Shown one piece after another: positions 28,601-36,822 of a stretch of 49,689 nucleotides of DNA (position 1 is the stretch's first letter; the number at the start of each line of letters is the position of its first letter). Under the pieces are notes generated by a model. That model saw only the letters and a program-made list of their open reading frames with translations, searched no databases and was not told where the DNA came from. Location: the NCBI GenBank assembly GCA_903830625.1, contig CAIKUK010000009.1, positions 1-49,689 on the forward strand, given 5' to 3'. The DNA is from Candidatus Yanofskybacteria bacterium (GTDB lineage Bacteria; Patescibacteriota; Minisyncoccia; 2-02-FULL-40-12; GWA2-44-9). A program made the translations under genes and the position numbers.

Positions 28601-28760
28601 AAACCTATATCAACCAAGCCCTTTCGCTTAAAAACAAACTGACTTCGGCTGCAAACAACTCAATACTTCTCGAAATATAACCAATATTTCTCGGCGCATT
28701 TCGTTGTTTTCGCTCGAACTCATTTTGTTTCAGCATGAAAAGCATGGTTGGTATAGGTTT
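28601..28760. mobile_element. 160-bp palindromic element between rpsD and rpoA
   Basis: TIR AAACCTATATCAACCA/TGGTTGGTATAGGTTT abutting the rpsD stop. Confidence 0.6.
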
Positions 28761-29395
28761 TATCTTGAATAATACTCAATGATGGCTTGCAAATCGCTGT
28801 GGCCGATACCGCTTTCATCGGCAGTGGCCATGCCTTTAACTTTAGCCGTCACGTTTTCTTTATTTAACTCCAGCCAGCTCGGCGCTTCATATTTGGGCAG
28901 CCACTGCGGGACAAGATTCGTGAAATAAGCGCTTTTCTTGCTGCCTTCGCGCACCGAAATGACATCACCAATCTTCACTTGATAGGAAGGAATACTGACC
29001 TTGCGTCCATTCACCAAAACGTGGCCGTGATTGACAAGCTGTCGGGCTTGGTCGCGGGATTGAGCCAGACCCATGCGATAAGCCGTGTTATCAAGCCGAT
29101 GTTCCAGAGAATTAATAATCAAAGAATAAGCGTCTTTACGGGAAGCCGAAGCGCTTTTGACGTAGCTCTTAAACTGCTTTTCAAGCATGCGGTAAATATT
29201 GCGAACCTTTTGTTTGGTCTTTAATTGCTGGCCAAATTCAGAAAGCTTGCGAACCGGCTTGTGGCCTTGGATTCCCGGCGGATAAGGCTTCTTAGTGATG
29301 GCTGTTTTGCCAAGTTGGGAACGCAAACCCTTGATGCCGAGTTTTTCGCCAATGCGTCGTTCAATTCTTTCTTTTGGTCCGGTATAACGTGCCAT
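28760..29395 (-). CDS. rpsD: 30S ribosomal protein S4
   Basis: MARYTGP, YPPG, LEHRLDN, ARQLVNHGH, IIEYYSR. Confidence 0.97.
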   Translation of the reverse strand: MARYTGPKERIERRIGEKLGIKGLRSQLGKTAITKKPYPPGIQGHKPVRKLSEFGQQLKTKQKVRNIYRMLEKQFKSYVKSASASRKDAYSLIINSLEHRLDNTAYRMGLAQSRDQARQLVNHGHVLVNGRKVSIPSYQVKIGDVISVREGSKKSAYFTNLVPQWLPKYEAPSWLELNKENVTAKVKGMATADESGIGHSDLQAIIEYYSR

Positions 29396-29398
29396 TTG

Positions 29399-29451
29399 TT
29401 TAGTGTGTTAGGTCTTTAGGATTCTAGGTTCCTAGACTCCTAGATTCCTGA
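29399..29451. repeat. 8-nt-period TAGG/CCTA repeat element, copy 3
   Basis: Matches copies 1 and 2; immediately upstream of rpsD ATG. Confidence 0.75.
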
Positions 29452-29455
29452 TTGT

Positions 29456-29911
29456 TTAGACTCGTCTTGGTTTGGGCCGGCGCACGCCGTTATGGGCAAT
29501 CGGCGTCGCATCCATAATAGAAAGGACGTTCAAACCGGTACTGGCCAAACCGCGAATCGCCGATTCACGGCCCGGACCGACGCCTTTAATCACAATCTTG
29601 ATGTTGGTCAGGTTGAATTTCTTGGTCTTTTCAAAGCAATCTTTGGCCACCATGTTCGCGGCATACGGCGTGGATTTTTTGCTGCCTTTGAACCCAAGCA
29701 AACCGGCCGAGGAGAAAGCAATAATCTGGCCGGCGGAATCGGCAATGGAAATCAAGGTGTTGTTGTACGAAACGTTGACTGTCGCCACGCCGTTAATAAC
29801 CTGCTTTTTGGAAGAGGCTTTCTTTGGCGCTTCAGCCTGTGTTGGCGTTTCAACAACCGTCGGTTCGACGGTGGCTTCGGCAGTCGGAGTTGTGGCGGCA
29901 CGTTTACCCAT
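29456..29911 (-). CDS. rpsK: 30S ribosomal protein S11
   Basis: SYNNT, GFKGSKKSTPYAA, GPGRESA, TPIAHNGVR. Confidence 0.97.
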   Translation of the reverse strand: MGKRAATTPTAEATVEPTVVETPTQAEAPKKASSKKQVINGVATVNVSYNNTLISIADSAGQIIAFSSAGLLGFKGSKKSTPYAANMVAKDCFEKTKKFNLTNIKIVIKGVGPGRESAIRGLASTGLNVLSIMDATPIAHNGVRRPKPRRV

Positions 29912-29919
29912 GATTAAGT

Positions 29920-30306
29920 TTAAGTTTTTTCACTTGAAGCTTTGCGGCCCGAACCCATCGTTTTGCGGACATTGCCTCGCAAAGTGCGGGAATTGGTCTT
30001 AGTGCGGCCGTGAATCGGCAGACGGCGAGCGTGACGATTACCACGCCAAGTGCCGATTTCTTTCAAGCGTTTGATGTTCTGGCTGACTTCTTTGCGAAGA
30101 TCGCCTTCCACACGATAACCTTTTTCAATAATTTTTGTGATTTTGTTTAATTCTTCGGCGGTTAAATCTTTGGCTCGCTTATTCAAATCAATATCAGCCG
30201 AACGGAGGATTACAACGCTCGCACTATGTCCAATACCATATAAGTACGGCAGGGCGTACTCGATTTTCTTATTATCCGGAATGTTTATACCTAGTATACG
30301 TGGCAT
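29920..30306 (-). CDS. rpsM: 30S ribosomal protein S13
   Basis: MPRILGINIP, YGIG, VEGDLR, RLP..RTKTNSRT. Confidence 0.97.
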   Translation of the reverse strand: MPRILGINIPDNKKIEYALPYLYGIGHSASVVILRSADIDLNKRAKDLTAEELNKITKIIEKGYRVEGDLRKEVSQNIKRLKEIGTWRGNRHARRLPIHGRTKTNSRTLRGNVRKTMGSGRKASSEKT

Positions 30307-30327
30307 GCGACAATTGCCCGCGAACAT

Positions 30328-30411
30328 AGTGAGTGGTTACAATTTCGCACCTGCCTAAGTTTTCCTTCGGAAAATTTTGGCGGGTAACTATTTGTTACCA
30401 ATCGCTTCACT
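30328..30411. repeat. Nested palindromic (REP-like) element between rpmJ and rpsM
   Basis: Inner hairpin CCTGCCTAAGTTTTCC-TTC-GGAAAATTTTGGCGGG; imperfect outer arms. Confidence 0.55.
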
Positions 30412-30424
30412 CTTGGACAAATAC

Positions 30425-30538
30425 TTATCCTTGTCTTTGTTTATGCTTTGGATTCTTGCAGATGCAATAAAGCCGGCCTTTGCGGCGGACTAATTTACAG
30501 CTATTGCACATAACTTTTACAGAAGCTCTGACTTTCAT
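30425..30538 (-). CDS. rpmJ: 50S ribosomal protein L36 (not in ORF track)
   Basis: Manual translation [37 protein letters not shown]. Confidence 0.96.
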   Translation of the reverse strand: MKVRASVKVMCNSCKLVRRKGRLYCICKNPKHKQRQG

Positions 30539-30539
30539 A

Positions 30540-30758
30540 TTAGTAACGATAGACAATCCGGCCACGGGTTCCATCCGGGGAAAGTTCCACCGCGACGCGA
30601 TCGCCTATCATAACCTTAATATAATGGAGACGCATTTTGCCGGCCAAGTACACCAGTACTTCCCGGCCATCTTCCAGCTTTACCTTGAACTTGGTATCCG
30701 GAAGCGCCTCTATTATCTGGGCATTTAATTTTTCTTTCGGCTGTGTGGTCAAATACAA
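30540..30758 (-). CDS. infA: Translation initiation factor IF-1 (exact start uncertain)
   Basis: [30 protein letters not shown]...RGRIVYR. Confidence 0.95.
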   Translation of the reverse strand: MYLTTQPKEKLNAQIIEALPDTKFKVKLEDGREVLVYLAGKMRLHYIKVMIGDRVAVELSPDGTRGRIVYRY

Positions 30759-30853
30759 TTACTGAAAAAAAGACGTCCACCAAGGTGGGCATCGGAGAAA
30801 CTCCAGCGCCACTTAGTAATCGTGGTCAGTTCAGTGTTTATATACTATCAAAT

Positions 30854-32740
30854 CTAATAGGATACGTCAACTTGGACCTTATCCTTATTATTTGGGATAG
30901 ACCTGACCCAAAATGGGGACAAATTAACATTGGCCGAAGTAATGCCGGAAATTGAGCCTAGATAAGCCCTCATATCGGCGTCATTCTTGCCCAATAGGTC
31001 GGTAATAATCTTTTGTTGGTCCACTTTGGAATAGCCGGGACCGGTCACATGAACCGTAAAGGATAGGCCGTTTTTGGCTTCATCCCAACGAGGATTGGTG
31101 TAGGTTATGGTTAATTTGTCCAGCAAAACGGTTTTACTTTTTTGAGTATCCACATATTGACTAATCAGAGTGTAAAGGTCGGATTCTTTAAAACCGATGG
31201 TTTTGAGTGAGCCAGCTAGATTAACCTTGAAAGTGCTGGCGGTCGCGTCGGCGGGACTGGTTGAGCTGGGACTGCCGATAACCACCTGACTGTCGTTTAT
31301 GATTTTCAAACCATTGATTTGGGTTTTAAGTTCATCTTGAATGTTAGCGGTAAGCAAAGTCGTCAAAGTTTGTTTGGCCGTATTTAAATCAGATTCCGTT
31401 ACCACGGTGGACTGACCGCTGGTGCCATTAAGGATGGGCGCGGTCGATTGGCCGTAAACTTTTTGATATTTTTCCGTATTCCCCTGTTCTTTAAAAGCCG
31501 GAATAGTAAACAAACCCACCGGGACGTTATATTCCGAACCGGCTTTATCGGCGATAACTTGAACATCCTTACTGCCTGGCACCAGTTTGCCGCTAACAGT
31601 TTTGCCGGCCGGTACCACAATCGAAGTCAAAGTGTGAAAAATATGGTGGTCGGCTGATTCGAAACGCGTGGTCGTTACCAGGGGCTGATCCGTTGTCAGT
31701 TCGTTATAAACCGTAATCGTGCCTCGGGCTTTTTGAGCGACATCCACATGACCCGTGGCGATAAAGTCCTGAGAAACGGTTTTTTGAATATTGAAGAGTT
31801 GGCCCGGTACCGCCATACCCGTTAAACTAACGGCCGAAGTATTATCCGAAGCGAACACGGTCAGACTGAAATCCAGCGGCTGGCTGGCTGGCTTAATTGT
31901 CACTTGGGCTTTCCCGGTCGTAATAAAAACAACCGTGCCCAAAATAATGACCGCCACACAAGCCATGGCAATCAGACCGATGCGATGGGAAGAACGCCTA
32001 GGACGGTCAAATCCGTTGGAAACAAGTTTTGGTTTAAAATTTGATAACGAACGTCTGGTTCGGCTAAACCAGCCCATCGCTTTCGGCGCCAAGTTTGTCT
32101 CCGTTGGAATAGCCCGAGAACCCCAGACACTTTTTATTTCCTGCAAGGCGCGATGTTCAAGAGGTTCATCAGAGAAGTCGCTTTGTCTGATTTCCACCGG
32201 AATAGTTTTTTCACGTCCGCCGTAAACTTTCACGTTGCGCTGGTTTTCAGTTCCAGGCACAAAGATGTCATCCAAGCGTCGGCCATTGGGAGAATCATCA
32301 TCTTCTAAATCATCGCTGGTTTCTTCTTTAACTTGTGCTGTTGATGTTGAAATTGAATCTTCACTCGTGGCTGGCTCGGAATAAAAGTCTTCGATCTGGT
32401 TGACCACGCTGATTGAGCCTGAATCGGCCGGGACCAGTCGAGACGAGCTTGTTTGCCGGCTAACAGATTTCTTGGGGGCCGACGAACGGGCCAGAAGAAC
32501 ATCAAATTTATATTTTTTAGCCAAATCGTTCAGTTCCGGACTGGAACAAAGAAAAGAAACCGATTTTCCGAGACTCTTAGATTCGTCTTTGAGAGAAGCA
32601 AAATGCTCTTCTCTCTTGAAAGCCCGGGCGCTTTTGGGCAGTACGAAAATCACTTCTTCGGCCGAGGTGGATTTGAAGAGGTCTAAAATCTCTTCAAACG
32701 AATCATCCTTGAGAACATTGATAATCTTTGTGGAAGACAC
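30854..32740 (-). CDS. Membrane-anchored protein with baseplate J-like extracellular region
   Basis: N-terminal cytoplasmic domain, TM, AQKARGTITVYN, VIADKAGSEYN, LSPFWV. Confidence 0.7.
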   Translation of the reverse strand: MSSTKIINVLKDDSFEEILDLFKSTSAEEVIFVLPKSARAFKREEHFASLKDESKSLGKSVSFLCSSPELNDLAKKYKFDVLLARSSAPKKSVSRQTSSSRLVPADSGSISVVNQIEDFYSEPATSEDSISTSTAQVKEETSDDLEDDDSPNGRRLDDIFVPGTENQRNVKVYGGREKTIPVEIRQSDFSDEPLEHRALQEIKSVWGSRAIPTETNLAPKAMGWFSRTRRSLSNFKPKLVSNGFDRPRRSSHRIGLIAMACVAVIILGTVVFITTGKAQVTIKPASQPLDFSLTVFASDNTSAVSLTGMAVPGQLFNIQKTVSQDFIATGHVDVAQKARGTITVYNELTTDQPLVTTTRFESADHHIFHTLTSIVVPAGKTVSGKLVPGSKDVQVIADKAGSEYNVPVGLFTIPAFKEQGNTEKYQKVYGQSTAPILNGTSGQSTVVTESDLNTAKQTLTTLLTANIQDELKTQINGLKIINDSQVVIGSPSSTSPADATASTFKVNLAGSLKTIGFKESDLYTLISQYVDTQKSKTVLLDKLTITYTNPRWDEAKNGLSFTVHVTGPGYSKVDQQKIITDLLGKNDADMRAYLGSISGITSANVNLSPFWVRSIPNNKDKVQVDVSY

Positions 32741-33057
32741 CGGGTAGTAGAACTTCGAGTTGCCGCAACAAGATTATGGCTTGAAGAGGTAATCGCGAAG
32801 CCTTCGTTTTAATAATCGTGAACCTTGATTTGTTTTTAAATACCTTTCTCTACGCTTAGCGTCATTTGCATGAAGACAGGCTTCGCAGTAAACAATACTC
32901 CATGATTCGCCATTTTTAGTAGACTTGTTGCGGCCTTGATTATGTTCCAACAATCGCCTCTTCAGATTTTCTGTATATCCTATGTATAATTCCTTATTTT
33001 TATTTTCTAGCACGTAGACGTAATGGAACATAACCCTCTCGAAGTTTCACTACCCGG
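32740..33057. mobile_element. 318-bp TIR element carrying a GIY-YIG nuclease, inserted in a start codon
   Basis: TIR CCGGGTAGTAGAACTTCGAG/CTCGAAGTTTCACTACCCGG (18/20); ACA duplicated at 32737-39 and 33058-60. Confidence 0.8.
32774..33031 (-). CDS. GIY-YIG nuclease (UPF0213/SLX1-like)
   Basis: YVYVL...LYIGYT.NLKRRL.EHN.G, YCEA, A.RRERYLK. Confidence 0.92.
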   Translation of the reverse strand: MFHYVYVLENKNKELYIGYTENLKRRLLEHNQGRNKSTKNGESWSIVYCEACLHANDAKRRERYLKTNQGSRLLKRRLRDYLFKP

Positions 33058-33243
33058 ACATGTATAAATTAATATACCAAATTGTTGCCTACAAGTATAG
33101 CCTATGTTATACAAGTTATGAGGAGGTACCTATCAAGAGACCAGGACCCTGTAGGGGCCAGCAAGGCCATTGAGGTCGCCCGGGCGACAACCAATCGAAG
33201 GTATCGCCGGTTCAAGTTCTGGAACTGAGAAAAGGGAGCAGTT

Positions 33244-33525
33244 ATGCCGAAAGAACGTTGTGATATTGTCAGGCACGGACACCGGAAATACAACATCCGG
33301 CAGACGAGACCAGCGAACCACAGAGTTGATCAACCTGCTCCTTCCCTCGGTAAAGTCATTTTAGTCAGGGACGCGAGGGACATGACCATCCGATTCAAGA
33401 TCCAGTTCGACAAAACGTGCACCGTCGCCGATGATCCAGCCTGGCAGACAAGGGCCACAGAGGCGGTACTTCGAGAAATCGGATTCAGGTTCAAGGACTT
33501 CAAGCCGGTTTCGTGGAGACCCTAG
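33244..33525 (+). CDS. Hypothetical protein
   Basis: SD GGGAG, 93-aa ORF convergent with dus. Confidence 0.45.
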   Translation: MPKERCDIVRHGHRKYNIRQTRPANHRVDQPAPSLGKVILVRDARDMTIRFKIQFDKTCTVADDPAWQTRATEAVLREIGFRFKDFKPVSWRP

Positions 33526-34561
33526 ACGCCAGAGACTCAAGTTTTTCGAGAGTCTCTGGCGCTGTTTTTATTTTCATTAACTTGTTACGAATTTCTTTAG
33601 CACCTTCAAAATCATTGATATATATCTTTATGAACCTTTTCATAACATCAAAGTTTTTGCCCGCACCCCAAAGCTCCACAAAGTTTTGAATATGTTTTTT
33701 GAGTAAGTTTATACGTTCTTCTCGTGTATGTACTTCAGATGGATTAACCCCCACACTCAGTTGGTTGCTGGCTTTGCCATCTGAAGATTCAATCAACTGA
33801 GTGTGGGGGTGAAAAAACCAAGGATTTTGAAATATCCCCCGGCCGACCATAATGCCGTCCAAATCATATTGCTTAGCTTTTTCTATGCCTTCAGTGTAAC
33901 TCATCACATCCCCATTACCGACAACAATAATGCCGGCTGCGTGGCAAAGTCGCGCGGCTTTGCCAATCTCATCCCAATGAGCGGGCGCTTTTGATGCTTC
34001 TTTCATTGTCCGGCCGTGAACAATAATGGCATCCGGTTTGGCTTCAATGATTTTTGATACCCATTCTTCGGTAACAATTGTGTTGTAGCCGATACGGGTT
34101 TTTATTGAAACCGGCAAATTGCCTGCTCCACGTTTGGTTTCAATGATTATTTGTTGAGCTAATTCGGGATTATTAATTAAAGCGGCCCCGGAATTCTGTT
34201 TTAGAATTTTTCTTTCGGGACAACCCATATTGATATCGATACCATCAAAACCTAATTCCGCAATAAGTTTGGCGCATTCATAAAAATGTTCGGGCACGCT
34301 TCCGAATATTTGCGCCACAATCGGCCGTTCGTTTTCTTTAAATGATAAATGAGGCAATAGTTTAGCTTTGCCCGCCATAGCTTTAGCGTCGGCGGGGCCA
34401 GCTTTCATTACATAATTCAAACCATCCGCCGACACAAATTCAGTATACAAAACATCTGGCTTGCCACAATCGCAAACGATCTGCCTAAACGCCATATCGG
34501 TCACATCCGACATCGGCGCCAGGACGAAGAAGGGTTTTTTAAGTTGTTTCCAGAAATTCAT
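33500..34561 (-). CDS. dusB: tRNA-dihydrouridine synthase (with two palindromic inserts)
   Basis: LAPMSDVTD, TEFVS, DINMGCP, SIKTRIG, VHGRT, GNGDV, MVGRG. Confidence 0.9.
   Translation of the reverse strand: MNFWKQLKKPFFVLAPMSDVTDMAFRQIVCDCGKPDVLYTEFVSADGLNYVMKAGPADAKAMAGKAKLLPHLSFKENERPIVAQIFGSVPEHFYECAKLIAELGFDGIDINMGCPERKILKQNSGAALINNPELAQQIIIETKRGAGNLPVSIKTRIGYNTIVTEEWVSKIIEAKPDAIIVHGRTMKEASKAPAHWDEIGKAARLCHAAGIIVVGNGDVMSYTEGIEKAKQYDLDGIMVGRGIFQNPWFFHPHTQLIESSDGKASNQLSVGVNPSEVHTREERINLLKKHIQNFVELWGAGKNFDVMKRFIKIYINDFEGAKEIRNKLMKIKTAPETLEKLESLASRVSTKPA
33747..33810. repeat. 64-bp in-frame palindromic element in dus
   Basis: 17-bp perfect IR ACCCCCACACTCAGTTG/CAACTGAGTGTGGGGGT; encodes HPHTQL...LSVGV. 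Confidence 0.85.
34371..34396. repeat. REP-like hairpin in-frame in dus
   Basis: CCCGCCATAGCTTTAGCGTCGGCGGG; encodes PADAKAMAG. Confidence 0.65.
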
Positions 34562-34576
34562 ATTTATAATTATAAC

Positions 34577-34614
34577 AAAAAGAAAAGGAGCGGCAGCCAG
34601 AAGGCGTACCGCTC
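34577..34614 (-). terminator. Intrinsic terminator of the ncRNA
   Basis: GAGCGG...CCGCTC hairpin followed by CTTTTCTTTTT on minus strand. Confidence 0.7.
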
Positions 34615-34909
34615 AGTATCGAAGGTGTCTGTGCAAGCTCATTTCCTTATCGGGGCCTGCCGGAGGGAATCTCTCCCTTCCGTGTTTAGGCTTATCGGTT
34701 GTTGGAACAACCGATAGTTTCCCTTGGTTTCAGCCGGTGCCCCGACATCCATCCAAGGTACTTAGGTGCCTAGCTGCTCGACCGAAGGCCGAGTCCGCTT
34801 GGTCCTACAACCCCAGCCCGAAAGCTGGTTTAGCCTCTTCCCTCATACGTGGGGCTCCATCCCACTTCCGGGGAATCGCCATTGCTTTCTTCACCAGACA
34901 ACCTCGACG
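34577..34909 (-). ncRNA. Stand-alone structured RNA resembling 23S rRNA domain I core
   Basis: Own promoter and terminator, 5'/3' closing helix, ordered motifs AGAAAGCAA.GCGATTCCC, GGGAAGAG..AAACC, GGGGTTGTAGGAC, CCTAAGTAC, TGAAA, CTAAACAC. Confidence 0.75.
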
Positions 34910-34915
34910 AGAAGT

Positions 34916-34943
34916 ATAGTACCAGACGCAATGTCTATGTCAA
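34916..34943 (-). promoter_or_regulatory. Sigma70 promoter of the ncRNA
   Basis: TTGACA-N16-TACTAT with TGn extended -10. Confidence 0.7.
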
Positions 34944-34947
34944 ATGG

Positions 34948-36783
34948 TTATTCAACTGTGGCTCGGATACGGCGGTTGCCTCCGGAGACGGATTCTTCTT
35001 TAGTGATAGTGATATGGCCGATCTCGCCGGTATGGGTCACATGGGGACCGGCGCAAATCTCGCGGGAGAACCAATTATTATCTTCGCCGACCGTATAGAC
35101 TTTGACTCTCGGCGGATACTTAGCCTTAAAGATACCCGCGGCGCCGGAATCCAAAGCTTCCTGTAAATCCACTTCTTTAAATGTCACCGGCAAATCTTTT
35201 TTCACGATTTCGTTAGCCATATCCTCGGCCTGTTTCAATTCTTCGGGAGTAATTTTTCTGGGAAAATTAAAATCAAATCTCAACCGCTCTACCGTAATAT
35301 CAGCTCCGGCTTGAGCCAATTCCTGGCCTAAGACTTTCCGCAGGGCCGCATCCAGAAGATGAGTCGCCGTATGCAAACGAGTTTTCTTTTTCATTTCTTC
35401 TCTTCTCTCAACTGATAAGTCGGCTTCTTTTACCCCCACACCAAACGAACGATTGCCTTCGGCGCTCCCGACTTCGTTTGTTATGGTGTGGGGGTGAATG
35501 CCATGCCCGCCGAATTTCTTTTCCACGCCGGCGCGAGAAATATTTTTATGAATTTCCATTTCTTTATTAAATCCTTCCTCATCAAATTCATATAGATGAT
35601 TCTCTGCTATTTCTTTAATAACTTCTGGTGGGAATCCATAACTTTGATATAAATCAAAGGCATCCTTGCCTGAAATTTTTTGCCCCACTACAAATGGCTT
35701 TACACTTTGTCCTGGCACCAGTTCTTGAGCCTTGAGGCCAGGATATTTTTTATAGAATTCCTCAAGTCCTTTATCAAGTGTCAGGAGAAACTTAGTAACT
35801 TCTTTGGTAAATTCATTAATTATTGACTGTTGGTTATCTATTAATTCAGAATGACTCTTCCCGTATTCGATAATAATTTTTTGCATGAAATCGGCTATAA
35901 CACTGGTTGGTATTTGGATATTTTTCGAATGGACAAGAAGGCGTCTTATTAATTTTCTTAGTATATAACCCCTCTCCTTATTTGATGGTTGTACCCCATC
36001 AGCAATTAAAAAAACGGAAGCCCTTAGATGGTCGGCTATTATTCTGCCACTTTTTAATTCATCGGGCGCTCCTGCAAATAAAGCAAACGAGAAAACATTA
36101 CTAAACAGGTCAGTTTCAAAAATATTGCTTTTATTCTGAACAACCATCGCCAAGCGTTCCAGGCCCATGCCGGTATCAATGCCTTTTATGGCCAGTGGTT
36201 TCAGTTGTTTGTCGGCGCTTTGATAGTACTCATTAAAAACGATATTCCAAACCTCAAGGTCGTTTACATAAATTTCAGTCGTCGGACCACAAGGACCTTC
36301 CTCCCCGGTCGGTCCCCAAAAATTATCCTCTCGGCCAGCTCTTTTTATTTTCAATGCCGGATCAATCGATTGCCATATCTTTTCCGATTCTTCATCCGCT
36401 GGCACTCCTTCTTCGCCTTGAAAAACCGAAACGTAATCAATGGTCAGACCCATTTCTTTGGTAATGAATTCGTGGGCATATTCAATGGCTTCCTTTTTCC
36501 AATAATCTCCGAACGAGAAATTACCGAGCATTTCAAAGAAAGTCAGGTGTGAATCATCTCCCACCTCGTCAATATCCGAAGTGCGCAAACATTTTTGAAT
36601 AGAAACGACATTTTTGTCCGGCGCTTCGGCCGGGTTTATATAATATGGCTTGAATTGTTGCATGCCGGCCGTTGTAAACAAAACCGACGGGTCGGTCGGC
36701 AACAACGACGAAGACGGCACCACGGCGTGCCCTTTTGATTCAAAAAATTTAATAAACCTCTCCCGTATTTCCTTCTGAGTCAT
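34948..36783 (-). CDS. alaS: Alanine--tRNA ligase (short form, no C-Ala domain)
   Basis: FTTAGMQQFK, HLTFFEMLGNFSFGDY, GPCGP, DTGMGLER, HTATHL, CAGPH. Confidence 0.97.
   Translation of the reverse strand: MTQKEIRERFIKFFESKGHAVVPSSSLLPTDPSVLFTTAGMQQFKPYYINPAEAPDKNVVSIQKCLRTSDIDEVGDDSHLTFFEMLGNFSFGDYWKKEAIEYAHEFITKEMGLTIDYVSVFQGEEGVPADEESEKIWQSIDPALKIKRAGREDNFWGPTGEEGPCGPTTEIYVNDLEVWNIVFNEYYQSADKQLKPLAIKGIDTGMGLERLAMVVQNKSNIFETDLFSNVFSFALFAGAPDELKSGRIIADHLRASVFLIADGVQPSNKERGYILRKLIRRLLVHSKNIQIPTSVIADFMQKIIIEYGKSHSELIDNQQSIINEFTKEVTKFLLTLDKGLEEFYKKYPGLKAQELVPGQSVKPFVVGQKISGKDAFDLYQSYGFPPEVIKEIAENHLYEFDEEGFNKEMEIHKNISRAGVEKKFGGHGIHPHTITNEVGSAEGNRSFGVGVKEADLSVERREEMKKKTRLHTATHLLDAALRKVLGQELAQAGADITVERLRFDFNFPRKITPEELKQAEDMANEIVKKDLPVTFKEVDLQEALDSGAAGIFKAKYPPRVKVYTVGEDNNWFSREICAGPHVTHTGEIGHITITKEESVSGGNRRIRATVE
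35432..35495. repeat. 64-bp in-frame palindromic element in alaS
   Basis: 12-bp perfect IR ACCCCCACACCA/TGGTGTGGGGGT; encodes HPHTIT...FGVGV; same ends and length as the dus element. Confidence 0.85.
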
Positions 36784-36822
36784 TACTGTTTAAATATACC
36801 AGTAAACACGCCTATATTCAAT

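Noticed and set aside
26857-29451. CRISPR array from recurring TAGG/CCTA repeats
   Set aside because: No constant repeat with unique spacers, copies are separated by whole genes, and no cas genes are present
34682-34892. Conventional 23S rRNA gene or random rRNA pseudogene
   Set aside because: Only part of domain I is matched, with an internal deletion, compensatory changes and its own promoter and terminator; no other rRNA sequence is adjacent
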